From: Phycisphaerales bacterium
GTDB lineage: Bacteria; Planctomycetota; Phycisphaerae; WQYP01
Assembly (NCBI GenBank): GCA_027451365.1
Contig: DAIDJN010000005.1
Location: forward strand, 1-64,000
Reading direction: 5' to 3'
Length of the DNA: 64,000 nt
Shown: positions 18,651 through 28,068 of the stretch, one piece after another
How the letters are laid out: every line of letters begins with the position of its first letter
How positions within the stretch are numbered: position 1 is the first letter of the stretch
The notes under the pieces: generated by a model
Seen by the model: only the letters and a program-made list of their open reading frames with translations
Databases searched by the model: none
What the model was told of the DNA's origin: nothing
Program-made: the position numbers and the translations under genes

Positions 18651-21380
18651 ATGGCTGTTAAACCAAAACCAACCGGAAAAGCGCTGGTGATTGTCGAGTC
18701 GCCTGCAAAGGCTAAAACAATCAATAAATACCTTGGAGACTCCTATATCGTAAAGGCGTCAATGGGGCATGTGCGCGACCTGCCGACCAAAGATATTGGC
18801 GTTGATATTGAAAAGAATTTCGCACCAACATATGAAATTCTCGCAACACGAAAAAAAATTATTGGGGAATTACGGGCGGCCTCTAAAAATTCAAGACAGG
18901 TTTATCTGGCCACAGACTTGGACCGGGAAGGCGAAGCCATTGCCTGGCACTTGCGCCATGCGCTTGGCCTGAAGGATGATGAAGTTCAGAGAGTCGTGTT
19001 CAACGAAATTACCAAGGGTGCCATTCTTAAGGCGTTTGATCAACCACGACGGATTGATCAGGATAAAGTAAACGCCCAGCAGGCCCGGCGAATTCTAGAT
19101 CGGTTAGTCGGATATAAAGTTTCACCGCTTCTTTGGAAAAAAGTTTCGCGGGGTCTTTCTGCCGGACGCGTGCAAAGCGTGGCGGTAAAAGTGATTGTGG
19201 ATCGCGAAAAGGAAATTGCCGCCTTTATTCCCGAGGAATACTGGAAATTGCAGGCCTTTTTTACCACTGATATGGTGCGCGCAGGCGCATTAGGCTCACA
19301 ATGGCGGGAATTTCTGCTTGGAGATGAAGAAGACACTGCTGACGATGGAACAGATTCCGCGCCGACGCCGACCGCCGGCCCCTCCGGACAGCAAAAGCGA
19401 ACCTGGTTGGAGCAAAACAAAGCCTTTCGGGCGGATCTGGTGGAATTCGATGGGAAGAAATTTGATCCCAAGAACGTGGACGATGCCCGCCGCGCTGCCG
19501 AGGCCGTGGGCTTAGAACAGGTCTCCCAGGTAACCGTGGAAAATGACGGCACCAACGGTCCGCGCGGCATACCGATGCGCGGACCGGCAAAACTCCTCAC
19601 GCGCATCACCGGCGAGGTACCCGCCAGCGGAAAGGGACGCAGCTATGTGGTGCGGTCGCTTACCACAAAACCATCCACATCCCGCCCGCCTGGCCCGTTC
19701 AGTACGAGCACGCTTCAACAGGCCGCAAGCAACCAGATGGGCTTTGGCGCGCAGCGTACTATGCGGACCGCCCAGCAACTTTATGAAGGGGTGGAATTAC
19801 CCGGTCAGGGTGCGGTCGGCTTAATCACCTACATGCGAACCGATTCGCAGAATATCAGCCAGGACGCTTTGGCAACAGTTCGCACATTTATCGGCAAGGA
19901 ATTCGGCGCCGGCTACCTGCCGGAAAGCCCCAATTATTTCAGTTCGCGGCAAGGCGCACAGGAAGCGCACGAAGCGATTCGTCCGACTGATGTGACGCTT
20001 AAGCCCGAGGATATCCGGGCGTCATTAGGGGAGGACCAGTTCAAATTATATGAACTGATCTGGAAACGGTTTGTCGCCTGCCAGATGATGCCGGCCCAAT
20101 GGATGGTCACCGAGGCCCTGATTGAATGCCGCTCCGCCGACCGCAAGGAAGACCCCACACAGCGTCCCGTTTTCAAAGCCACCGGCCGCGCGCTGAAATT
20201 TGACGGCTTTACCCGCGTGGCGGGAGTCTGGTCGCGGTTTGATGAACAATTGCTGCCGACGTTGGTGGCAAACCAACCGGTATCACCACTTGATTTAACT
20301 CCGACCCAGCATTTCACCAGTCCGCCCCCCCGCTTTACGGAAGCCAGCCTGGTGAAGGCTCTGGAAACCGAGGGTATTGGCAGACCCAGCACCTACGCAA
20401 GTATTATCGCCACCATACAGGACCGGCAATATGTGCAATTGCGGGATCGACGGTTTTTCGCGACCGATCTGGGCATTAAGGTCACGGAAAAATTAATCGA
20501 AGGCTTTCCGGATCTTATGGAGTTGGGCTTTACCCGTAAAATTGAAAGCGAACTCGACCAGATTGAAGAATCGCACCGCGACTGGGTGGAGGTAGTTCGC
20601 GATTTTTACGATCCGCTGGCGCGAGATCTGGCCACCGCGGAAGACCGCATGACCCACGCACGCGCCGAAGCGACCCCTTCGGAACATAAATGTCCGAAGT
20701 GCGGCGCGATGATGGCTTATAAGCTTTCCAAACGAGGAAAAACATTTTTATCCTGTTCGCGTTACCCTGAATGTGATGGCGCTTCGAATATTGATTCCGA
20801 AGGAAAGCCGGCACAACTGGATATCACCGATTACAAATGCCCGAACTGCGGTAAACCAATGATCCGCCGAATGGGCCGGTATGGCCCCTTCTTCGGCTGT
20901 TCCGGCTATCCGGAATGTAAAACATTGCAGCAGGCCGACCGCAAAACCGGCCTGCCACTGCCTCCCAAACCGCCACCCAGACCAACCGGCTTGAAATGTC
21001 CCAAATGCCACAAAAAGGAATTGGTGGTGCGCAGCGGAAAGCGCGGCGATTTTTTAAGCTGCCTCGGTTTCCCGCGGTGCCGCATGACTCTGCCTGCGGA
21101 GCGGCTGGAAGAATTTTTAGCCCTCAATGAACAAAAGGCATGGCCACCGGCGGACATTCTGGCAAAATTCGGTGGAAAACCCGCCCCTGCGGAAATAGAA
21201 CCTGCAGAGACTTTAAAGCCGGCAAAACGCACGGCCAAAGCGGCGGCCAAACCCGTGACAAAGCCGCCGACCAAAGCCACGAGGAAACCCGCAGAAAAGC
21301 CTTCCGTAAAAGCGCCGGCACCACTGGCTGGTGGGCCCACACGAAAAGTTGTGGCAAAAGCCCCATCGGCGTCTGCGTAA
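18651..21380 (+). CDS. topA: DNA topoisomerase I (type IA)
   Basis: LVIVESPAKAKTI, ATDLDREGEAI, SAGRVQS, ITYMRTDS, QEAHEAIRPT, GIGRPSTY; three C4 zinc ribbons and a Lys/Pro/Ala tail. Confidence 0.98.
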   Translation: MAVKPKPTGKALVIVESPAKAKTINKYLGDSYIVKASMGHVRDLPTKDIGVDIEKNFAPTYEILATRKKIIGELRAASKNSRQVYLATDLDREGEAIAWHLRHALGLKDDEVQRVVFNEITKGAILKAFDQPRRIDQDKVNAQQARRILDRLVGYKVSPLLWKKVSRGLSAGRVQSVAVKVIVDREKEIAAFIPEEYWKLQAFFTTDMVRAGALGSQWREFLLGDEEDTADDGTDSAPTPTAGPSGQQKRTWLEQNKAFRADLVEFDGKKFDPKNVDDARRAAEAVGLEQVSQVTVENDGTNGPRGIPMRGPAKLLTRITGEVPASGKGRSYVVRSLTTKPSTSRPPGPFSTSTLQQAASNQMGFGAQRTMRTAQQLYEGVELPGQGAVGLITYMRTDSQNISQDALATVRTFIGKEFGAGYLPESPNYFSSRQGAQEAHEAIRPTDVTLKPEDIRASLGEDQFKLYELIWKRFVACQMMPAQWMVTEALIECRSADRKEDPTQRPVFKATGRALKFDGFTRVAGVWSRFDEQLLPTLVANQPVSPLDLTPTQHFTSPPPRFTEASLVKALETEGIGRPSTYASIIATIQDRQYVQLRDRRFFATDLGIKVTEKLIEGFPDLMELGFTRKIESELDQIEESHRDWVEVVRDFYDPLARDLATAEDRMTHARAEATPSEHKCPKCGAMMAYKLSKRGKTFLSCSRYPECDGASNIDSEGKPAQLDITDYKCPNCGKPMIRRMGRYGPFFGCSGYPECKTLQQADRKTGLPLPPKPPPRPTGLKCPKCHKKELVVRSGKRGDFLSCLGFPRCRMTLPAERLEEFLALNEQKAWPPADILAKFGGKPAPAEIEPAETLKPAKRTAKAAAKPVTKPPTKATRKPAEKPSVKAPAPLAGGPTRKVVAKAPSASA

Positions 21381-21428
21381 GACCGCTTCTGTGCCAACGC
21401 ACGGCCAAAGTTCATATCCATTCGCAGG

Positions 21429-21911
21429 TTAAGCTGGCTTAACGCTGGCGACGATTTCCACTTCCACCGTGCTACCCAATGGCAGCGCATTGGTTCCCAC
21501 AGCCGCCCGGGCGTGCCGGCCCGCTTCTCCAAAAATTTCCACCAACAGATCGCTGGCACCATTGGCTACCAGCGGCTGATTGTGGAAGTCGGGTTCACAG
21601 GCTACATAAACCGTCAATTTAACGATACGTTCCAAACGGTTCCAATCTTTAAGACACGCATCGTACAGCACAGCCACCGCGTTAATGGCCGCCAATCGGG
21701 CGGCGTCACGTCCCTGTTCCACACTTTGAACTGTCGGAACATGGCCCTGAAACAGCACCTTGCCATCCCGACTCGGCAATTGACCACTCACAAACACCAG
21801 CGATCCGGCTTGCATGCCGATTTGAACGTAGGGCAGATACGCCGCCACCGGACGGGGTACTGGCGGAATCGTAACTCCCAGACGGGCCAGATTCTTTTCA
21901 ACATCGCTCAT
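21429..21911 (-). CDS. RidA/YjgF family protein
   Basis: ATG 21911 after GGAG. PVAAYLP, FVSGQLP, ANGASDLLVEIFGEAGRHARAAVG, VEVE. Confidence 0.92.
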   Translation of the reverse strand: MSDVEKNLARLGVTIPPVPRPVAAYLPYVQIGMQAGSLVFVSGQLPSRDGKVLFQGHVPTVQSVEQGRDAARLAAINAVAVLYDACLKDWNRLERIVKLTVYVACEPDFHNQPLVANGASDLLVEIFGEAGRHARAAVGTNALPLGSTVEVEIVASVKPA

Positions 21912-22212
21912 CAGACACTCCATACATTGCCAAATGGTCACGCCATCGTTTTGGCTGCAACCGTGATGCGCGCCGCGTACGACGGCATACAGACCACCCG
22001 TGCTTCCAATGCGACATGGCCCGGCGATGGTTAACGGACGGAATCCTACCATCGGACCGCCTGAATGTAGTATAATGTAATAAGACATGGGCGGTCAGCA
22101 GACTGGTGGATTCCGGAGTGTGAGTCGCAAATGGCGATTCGAGCCATTGGCTGACCGTTGAATAAAGTCCTGCGGAAGCGATCCGGATCTTTCGCGGACC
22201 AGGAAATGAAAA

Positions 22213-23061
22213 GTGAGATGTATGATGTGTTGGGTCAAATCCGCTCTGACGACCGTAACTTTTTTTAGCCTCGCCGCGATGGCTGGCTGCGCTGGCCAGA
22301 CAAACAATCCGCTTGTACGCGCGCAGCCATCCATTCTGGCAAATCTGCCCTATCGGCCATTTATGCCGCAGCCGGATGGATCATCGAATTCGAGGCCCGC
22401 CGTTCAAGCGGCCTACAACAACCCGCCCGCTTTTACCGGGGAATCCCAAACCACAACCGGCGGAAGCTCCGCCGAATGGACACCAGGCGCGACGGCAAAC
22501 CAAAATAGCGTCGTTGACAGCCAGGGCGCGGGCAACGACACCAGCGGACGCACAGCGGATAAAGGCCCCCCAGCCGATGCGACCGCAACAGGTTTTCCCG
22601 CACACCTCAGCGGAACACACCGCTCTGCGGCCAGCCCACCGGTCACTCCGGCCATACCAGATATTCAGCCGGTCACCACCGGTACATACAGTTTTACGCT
22701 GCCGCACAACGTCAGCAGTTTTAAGAAATTCGGCGACACGCTTCAGGAATATCTGCTGTACTACGGTATCCCGCATCCCAATCAAAAGCCGTTTCTGACG
22801 ATGGTCGTCGCAGCGCACGTACGGCCGGCCTGCGTGGGAAACCCGCTGTTTCGCGTGCATTCCAACCGTACCTTTATTCTGAACCGTCTTTCCGCACGAG
22901 AATATACCGGTTATACCACTGCGGGAATGCCGTTCGCTGAATTGATACTTTCCCATGGCAACCACGGAGACCGCCTGGACGCTTTGGCCGTTGTGCCGAA
23001 CAATACCCAGCGGAAAATAGCGCTTAAAATTCTTGCAAGCATTCACTTCAAGGCCAATTGA
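22213..23061 (+). CDS. Putative lipoprotein with Pro/Ser/Thr-rich linker
   Basis: Hydrophobic N-terminus ending AMAGC (lipobox), low-complexity linker, C-terminal globular part. TATAAT at 22071-22076 upstream. Exact start uncertain. Confidence 0.6.
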   Translation: MRCMMCWVKSALTTVTFFSLAAMAGCAGQTNNPLVRAQPSILANLPYRPFMPQPDGSSNSRPAVQAAYNNPPAFTGESQTTTGGSSAEWTPGATANQNSVVDSQGAGNDTSGRTADKGPPADATATGFPAHLSGTHRSAASPPVTPAIPDIQPVTTGTYSFTLPHNVSSFKKFGDTLQEYLLYYGIPHPNQKPFLTMVVAAHVRPACVGNPLFRVHSNRTFILNRLSAREYTGYTTAGMPFAELILSHGNHGDRLDALAVVPNNTQRKIALKILASIHFKAN

Positions 23062-23113
23062 CCCGTATTTGCTCCGCCGCGGTACCCCGCTTTCGCAACG
23101 ACCGGAAACAAGG

Positions 23114-23947
23114 ATGGCTGAATTCTTGGAAAAGAATCTGGAACTTCTGGCCCGCGGCCCATGGGCGGCCTCCGCCGTACAAGTTAGCCTGGTTGGGCCG
23201 CCTGATATTTCAGATGAGGCGGCGCGGGAAATCGACCGGCTTTGGGAACTGGAAATTGCCGCAGCAAAACAGGAAAACCGCCTGCTTTTCAACGGTGGAA
23301 TTCTGTATCTCAAGCGCGCCGTCGCAACTTCCGGCGGGCTGCGCCTTGAACTGGGCACAGCAGATTACAAAACATTTCTGATTACAACCTTGCGCCACCA
23401 CGCCCGGTTTGCTACTCATTTTCCCGGCTGCATCAGGCCCGCGTTGGGCAATAGCGCTCTATTGACCTGTGGCCCGGATATTATTCTGGGAGTGCGAAGC
23501 CGTCGCGTGGCCGCCTATCCTGGAATGGCTCATCTGATTGGCGGAGTATTGGAAAATCAGCCGACGAAAACACCCGAAGCCGTCGCTGGCCCCCGCCGCA
23601 ATGCCAGCCTGCTGCAGAACCATCTCCTGCGCGAAATTCAAGAAGAACTCGGTCTGATGGCCGACGATCTGGCCGAGGTCCCGCGCGTGCTTATGTTGGT
23701 TCAGGACGGATTGCTGCATCAGCCGGAATTGATCTGGCATTGCGAAATTACCGCTTCCGCCATGGAAAAAGCCGCCCACGGCACATCCGCACAGGACCGC
23801 CACGAACACGACCGCATTCTGCGGATCAGCCTGAGTCAGGCTGCGGGACATTCGGTGGATGACATTGCAATAACGCCCGCCACCGCGGCCGCTATTGACA
23901 TGCTGCAAAGGATCAACCGGCCAAACGGGCCTCATGCCATTGCATAG
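23114..23947 (+). CDS. Nudix-like hydrolase (NUDT22-like)
   Basis: LFNGGI, ADYKTF, GVRSRRVAAYPG...GG, LLREIQEELGL partial Nudix box. Start uncertain. Confidence 0.65.
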   Translation: MAEFLEKNLELLARGPWAASAVQVSLVGPPDISDEAAREIDRLWELEIAAAKQENRLLFNGGILYLKRAVATSGGLRLELGTADYKTFLITTLRHHARFATHFPGCIRPALGNSALLTCGPDIILGVRSRRVAAYPGMAHLIGGVLENQPTKTPEAVAGPRRNASLLQNHLLREIQEELGLMADDLAEVPRVLMLVQDGLLHQPELIWHCEITASAMEKAAHGTSAQDRHEHDRILRISLSQAAGHSVDDIAITPATAAAIDMLQRINRPNGPHAIA

Positions 23948-26469
23948 GGGTCCACATCCACCACCACACTTCCAGGAAATTTGTGCAGAAGGCCGTGCCC
24001 CCGAACCGTTGCCAGAAGCTGCTGAAGCGGCATTGCCGCGGTTGAAAAGAGCAATATTTCCCGTCGATGTTCGTCATCTATACGTGCCATTGCGGGAAGT
24101 TGTGGTCCGTTCATCCGCACCGGAAGCTTGTGAAGGACAATAGAATCCTGAATATAATCAGCTATCTGGCGGCAAGTTGCGTCCGCAGTGTCCGCCTGTT
24201 TATGGGTGACAATAAACCGTACAATCCGGCCATACGGTGGATAACCAAATTCCTTTCTGTGCGGCAATTCGCTTTGCACAAAACCCGGATAATCGTGCCG
24301 CGTCGCATGAACAATGGCTGGCTCGTCCGGCTGCATGGTCTGCACCACCACCGTGCCTTCCGCGCCCGCCCGCCCGCTGCGACCGGCCACCTGACAGACC
24401 AGGTCGAACGTCCGTTCCGCGGCCCGAAAGTCGGGGCTGGTCATGGCCAGGTCCGCATTCAACACGCCAACCAGGCGAACATTGGGAAAGTCCAGTCCTT
24501 TGGCGATCATCTGCGTGCCCAGCAGAATATCCAGTTCGCCGGCGCCAAAAGCCTCCAGTGTCTGTTTGTAATCCGATGCTTTGCGCATCGAATCGCTGTC
24601 CATACGTGCAGTACAGCTTCGCGGAAACTTTCGCGCCAGTTCCTCCTCCACCCGCTGGGTTCCCTGTCCAAGCTGAATCAGCCGCGACTGGCAGTCCGGG
24701 CAATGGTCCGGCAGAATTTGCGAAGTCAGACAATAATGACATTTGACCAGCGCATCATGTCCGCTGCGAATAATGCGATTCAGGTGCACGACCATCGTTG
24801 CGTCGCAATGGTCGCACATCATCACCCACGGGCATTTGGCACAAGCCAGATAATGGGCGTAGCCTCGCCGGTTTAACAGCAGAATAGCCTGTCCTTTCTC
24901 CGCCAGCGTCTTTTTTAATTGAAATTCCATCGTCGTGGAAATTGCGTGAAGGCCCCGCCGCTGCCGATGTTCTTCCCGCATATTGACCACCACCACCCGC
25001 GGCATGCGTACATTGTTCGGACGCGACGTCAGCCGCAGCAGCTTATAGTGCGGGTTCTGTGCCGCATTGTGCCAGCTTTCCAATGAAGGAGTGGCCGAAC
25101 CAAGCAACACCGGAACGCCCGCAAGTTGCGCCCGGCGGATGGCCACATCGCGCCCATGATAACGCGGGGCGCTGTCCTGCTTGTACGACGTGTCATGTTC
25201 CTCATCCACCACAATCAGACCAAGGTTTTCCACCGGGGCAAACACCGCCGACCGCGCGCCCACAATCACCTGTGCCCAGCCGGAGGCGATGCTTTGCCAG
25301 TATTGATGACGCAGCGAATTCTTCATGCGGCTGTGCAGCACCGCAACCCGCTCAAATCGCGCCGTAAAACGCGCTGCCGCCTGCTGGGTAAGCGAAATTT
25401 CAGGCACCAGAACAATCGCCCGACGCCCGGTGGCCACCACCTTTTCGATACACCGTATATAAAGTTCCGTCTTGCCTGAACCGGTTACGCCATGAATCAG
25501 ACGCACTTTAAATTCAGGCTTTTCAAGCAATGGCAGAATATCATTATAAACCGCGGTCTGTTCCGCCGTTAATTGCGTAACCGGACGCTGGTGCAGGGTG
25601 GACGTTTCCCCGCCATCGGTCGCCGAATCAGCCGGATTTTCAGAATTGGATTTTATGGCCAGCAGCCCCATCTGAATAAATCGCTTAAGCATGGGGCGCG
25701 ACAGGCCACCCGGTTTAACCAGTTTCTGAATTTCCAGCGGGCCGCTCACCAACGCCTCAGCCACCTTGCGATATGCGCTGCGGCCGCGAGTTGAAAGCTT
25801 TTCCATGACCGCCGCGATTTTGTCAGCCTCCAGCGCGGGCAGTAATACCGTCACCCGCGTCGGTACGCGCGTTTGGCGTTTCACAGCCGCGGGCATAATA
25901 CCTGCGAGAACCTGCCCCTGCGGACAAAAGTAATAATTGGAAATCCATTCAGCGAGGCGCATCAATTCGGCCGAAAATGGTTCAATTTCTGTCAGAACCT
26001 GATGAATAGGCTTGATTGTATTGGACGCTGTGGTTTGCGGCCCATCCAGTGCGGCTGGAAGCTCGCCAGTTTCATCTTTGGTGACAGACGTACCGGCGCC
26101 CGGAACTTTCTGACCCAAATCGCCCCATAAGCCCGGTTCCTCCGATTTGGCCCACTGTGGCAATGCGCGGATTTTCGCCACGCGCGGTGGCTTATCGGAA
26201 TTGCTGAGCAATTTGACTGGATGAAGCACCGGCGCCGAAGCATCCAGCCGCACGATGGTGCCCGTGACAATTTTATTCCGTCGGCCCAGTGGCACCTGCA
26301 CCCGCCGACCCACAGCAGCCACCGCGACTAAGTGCGGCGGAATGCGATAGTCCAGCAGCCGATCAATGCCCTGGTCAAGTGCCACGCAGGCAAATTCCGG
26401 AACAGGCGTGGACAAACGTTCCAGCGCAACAGAAGGCGAAGCGTCAACATTTTCCGGGGCGGTCATCAT
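23932..26469 (-). CDS. priA: Primosomal protein N' (replication restart helicase)
   Basis: GVTGSGKTE, LVPEISLT, VDEEHD, LGSATPSLES, LNRRGY, four CxxC pairs, GTQMIAKGLDF, QVAGRSGR, VDVDP. Confidence 0.97.
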   Translation of the reverse strand: MMTAPENVDASPSVALERLSTPVPEFACVALDQGIDRLLDYRIPPHLVAVAAVGRRVQVPLGRRNKIVTGTIVRLDASAPVLHPVKLLSNSDKPPRVAKIRALPQWAKSEEPGLWGDLGQKVPGAGTSVTKDETGELPAALDGPQTTASNTIKPIHQVLTEIEPFSAELMRLAEWISNYYFCPQGQVLAGIMPAAVKRQTRVPTRVTVLLPALEADKIAAVMEKLSTRGRSAYRKVAEALVSGPLEIQKLVKPGGLSRPMLKRFIQMGLLAIKSNSENPADSATDGGETSTLHQRPVTQLTAEQTAVYNDILPLLEKPEFKVRLIHGVTGSGKTELYIRCIEKVVATGRRAIVLVPEISLTQQAAARFTARFERVAVLHSRMKNSLRHQYWQSIASGWAQVIVGARSAVFAPVENLGLIVVDEEHDTSYKQDSAPRYHGRDVAIRRAQLAGVPVLLGSATPSLESWHNAAQNPHYKLLRLTSRPNNVRMPRVVVVNMREEHRQRRGLHAISTTMEFQLKKTLAEKGQAILLLNRRGYAHYLACAKCPWVMMCDHCDATMVVHLNRIIRSGHDALVKCHYCLTSQILPDHCPDCQSRLIQLGQGTQRVEEELARKFPRSCTARMDSDSMRKASDYKQTLEAFGAGELDILLGTQMIAKGLDFPNVRLVGVLNADLAMTSPDFRAAERTFDLVCQVAGRSGRAGAEGTVVVQTMQPDEPAIVHATRHDYPGFVQSELPHRKEFGYPPYGRIVRFIVTHKQADTADATCRQIADYIQDSIVLHKLPVRMNGPQLPAMARIDDEHRREILLFSTAAMPLQQLLATVRGHGLLHKFPGSVVVDVDPYAMA

Positions 26470-26852
26470 GTGGGAATTATACGATACCAGATAAAATCTG
26501 CCGCCGCTTTGGCCAAAAATGAGAGTCCCGCATCGGTCACCGCGCGTAACCGCGGGGTGGAATCCGCCCTGGGTGCCGACCAAATGCGCCATTTGAGGTA
26601 TTCGCAATTGCTTGCTTCTTGGCGATAATAATGAAGGCCAACAGGACGCACCCGCACAAAAGCGGCCCTGTGGCCGGTTTTAGCGATCCGCCATTGGAGG
26701 ATAAAGGCAATTGATGGACGCACTGCCGGTCGGGTGATCTCTCACACCTGCAAATCAGGATTGACCGAGCACTGGAAACATTGGCAGATATAATTTAAGG
26801 GTGGCACCCGGCAGGGTTGCCCTATGATGCGGTTACGGCGAAGATATAGGGA

Positions 26853-28058
26853 ATGGAGCATTCAGAAACCACATCGCTGCCGCGCACACCCGGGACGCTT
26901 ATTACCAGCAACGCAGACATTGCGCGGCTGTGCGACCACTTGCAAAGTGCCGGAGCATTTGGCGTGGATACGGAGTTTATCGGGGAAACGTCTTATGTGC
27001 CGATCCTTTGTCTGATTCAGGTTTCCACCACCCAGCGGGTGGAATTGATTGACCCCCAAGCGGGCGGCGATCTGGGTCCGCTGCTGAAGCTGGTGGCGGA
27101 TCCGGCAATTGTCAAAATCTGCCATGCCGGTCAGCAGGACCTGGAAATCCTGCATCACATAGGCGGACTGACCCCCGCCAATATGTTTGACACTCAGATT
27201 ATCGCCGGACAGATCGGTGTGGGATATCCACTGTCTTATGGCAAACTGGTCAGCCATTTTTGCGGCGTGGACCTGGAAAAAGCGCATACGTATTCAGACT
27301 GGAGCCGACGCCCGCTTTCACCGGCGCAATTTGAGTATGCCGTGGATGATGTGCGGTATCTGCCGCTGATACACCAGCGGATTGACCGGATTCTTAAGGA
27401 AACCGGCCGCACGCACTGGGCGCAGATGGCCTGCGACGAGCTGTGCGAGTCGGCCGCGGCCCCGCTGCAGCCGCGCGAACTATACCGGAAAATCAAAACA
27501 GCGAAATCGATGCGTCCCGTGCAGCTTGCGGTTCTGCGCGAACTGACCGCCTGGCGAGAACAACTTGCGTTTGAACACAATATGCCGGCCCGCACATTAA
27601 TGCCGGACAATGTGCTGCGCGACATCGCCAAACTTCTGCCGCGGCACCTGCCGCAGTTCAATCAGATTAAAGATTTCCCGCGTCCGGAAGCGCGCAGCTA
27701 TGGACCGGCTATACTGGAACTGATTGAAGCGATCCGCCAGATGGAAGAAAGCAGCTATCCGCAACCGGACCCGGACCCACTGGACACGCCGGAAAGCCGG
27801 GTGTTTGGAGAATCGCTGTGGGCCGCGGCTCAGAGCATTTGCCTTGGCCAGTCTGTCTGCACAGGGGTGGTAACATCGCAAAGTCAGGTTCTGGCGCTGG
27901 CGGACGCGGTCTTTTCCGGATCGGCGGTCGATGGACATTCAGTGATGCGCGGCTGGCGCAAGGAATGCCTTGGCCACACGCTGTTGAATTTTGCCCAAGG
28001 CACCCAGCAGATCACGCTTCAATTCAAAAACCGAAAATTGCAATCGACACTTTTGTGA
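26853..28058 (+). CDS. rnd: Ribonuclease D (DEDD exonuclease plus HRDC)
   Basis: GVDTEF, CLIQV, HAGQQDLE, FDTQI, SDWSRRPLS, YAVDDVRYL, WREQLA. Confidence 0.93.
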   Translation: MEHSETTSLPRTPGTLITSNADIARLCDHLQSAGAFGVDTEFIGETSYVPILCLIQVSTTQRVELIDPQAGGDLGPLLKLVADPAIVKICHAGQQDLEILHHIGGLTPANMFDTQIIAGQIGVGYPLSYGKLVSHFCGVDLEKAHTYSDWSRRPLSPAQFEYAVDDVRYLPLIHQRIDRILKETGRTHWAQMACDELCESAAAPLQPRELYRKIKTAKSMRPVQLAVLRELTAWREQLAFEHNMPARTLMPDNVLRDIAKLLPRHLPQFNQIKDFPRPEARSYGPAILELIEAIRQMEESSYPQPDPDPLDTPESRVFGESLWAAAQSICLGQSVCTGVVTSQSQVLALADAVFSGSAVDGHSVMRGWRKECLGHTLLNFAQGTQQITLQFKNRKLQSTLL

Positions 28059-28068
28059 AACGGAAGTC

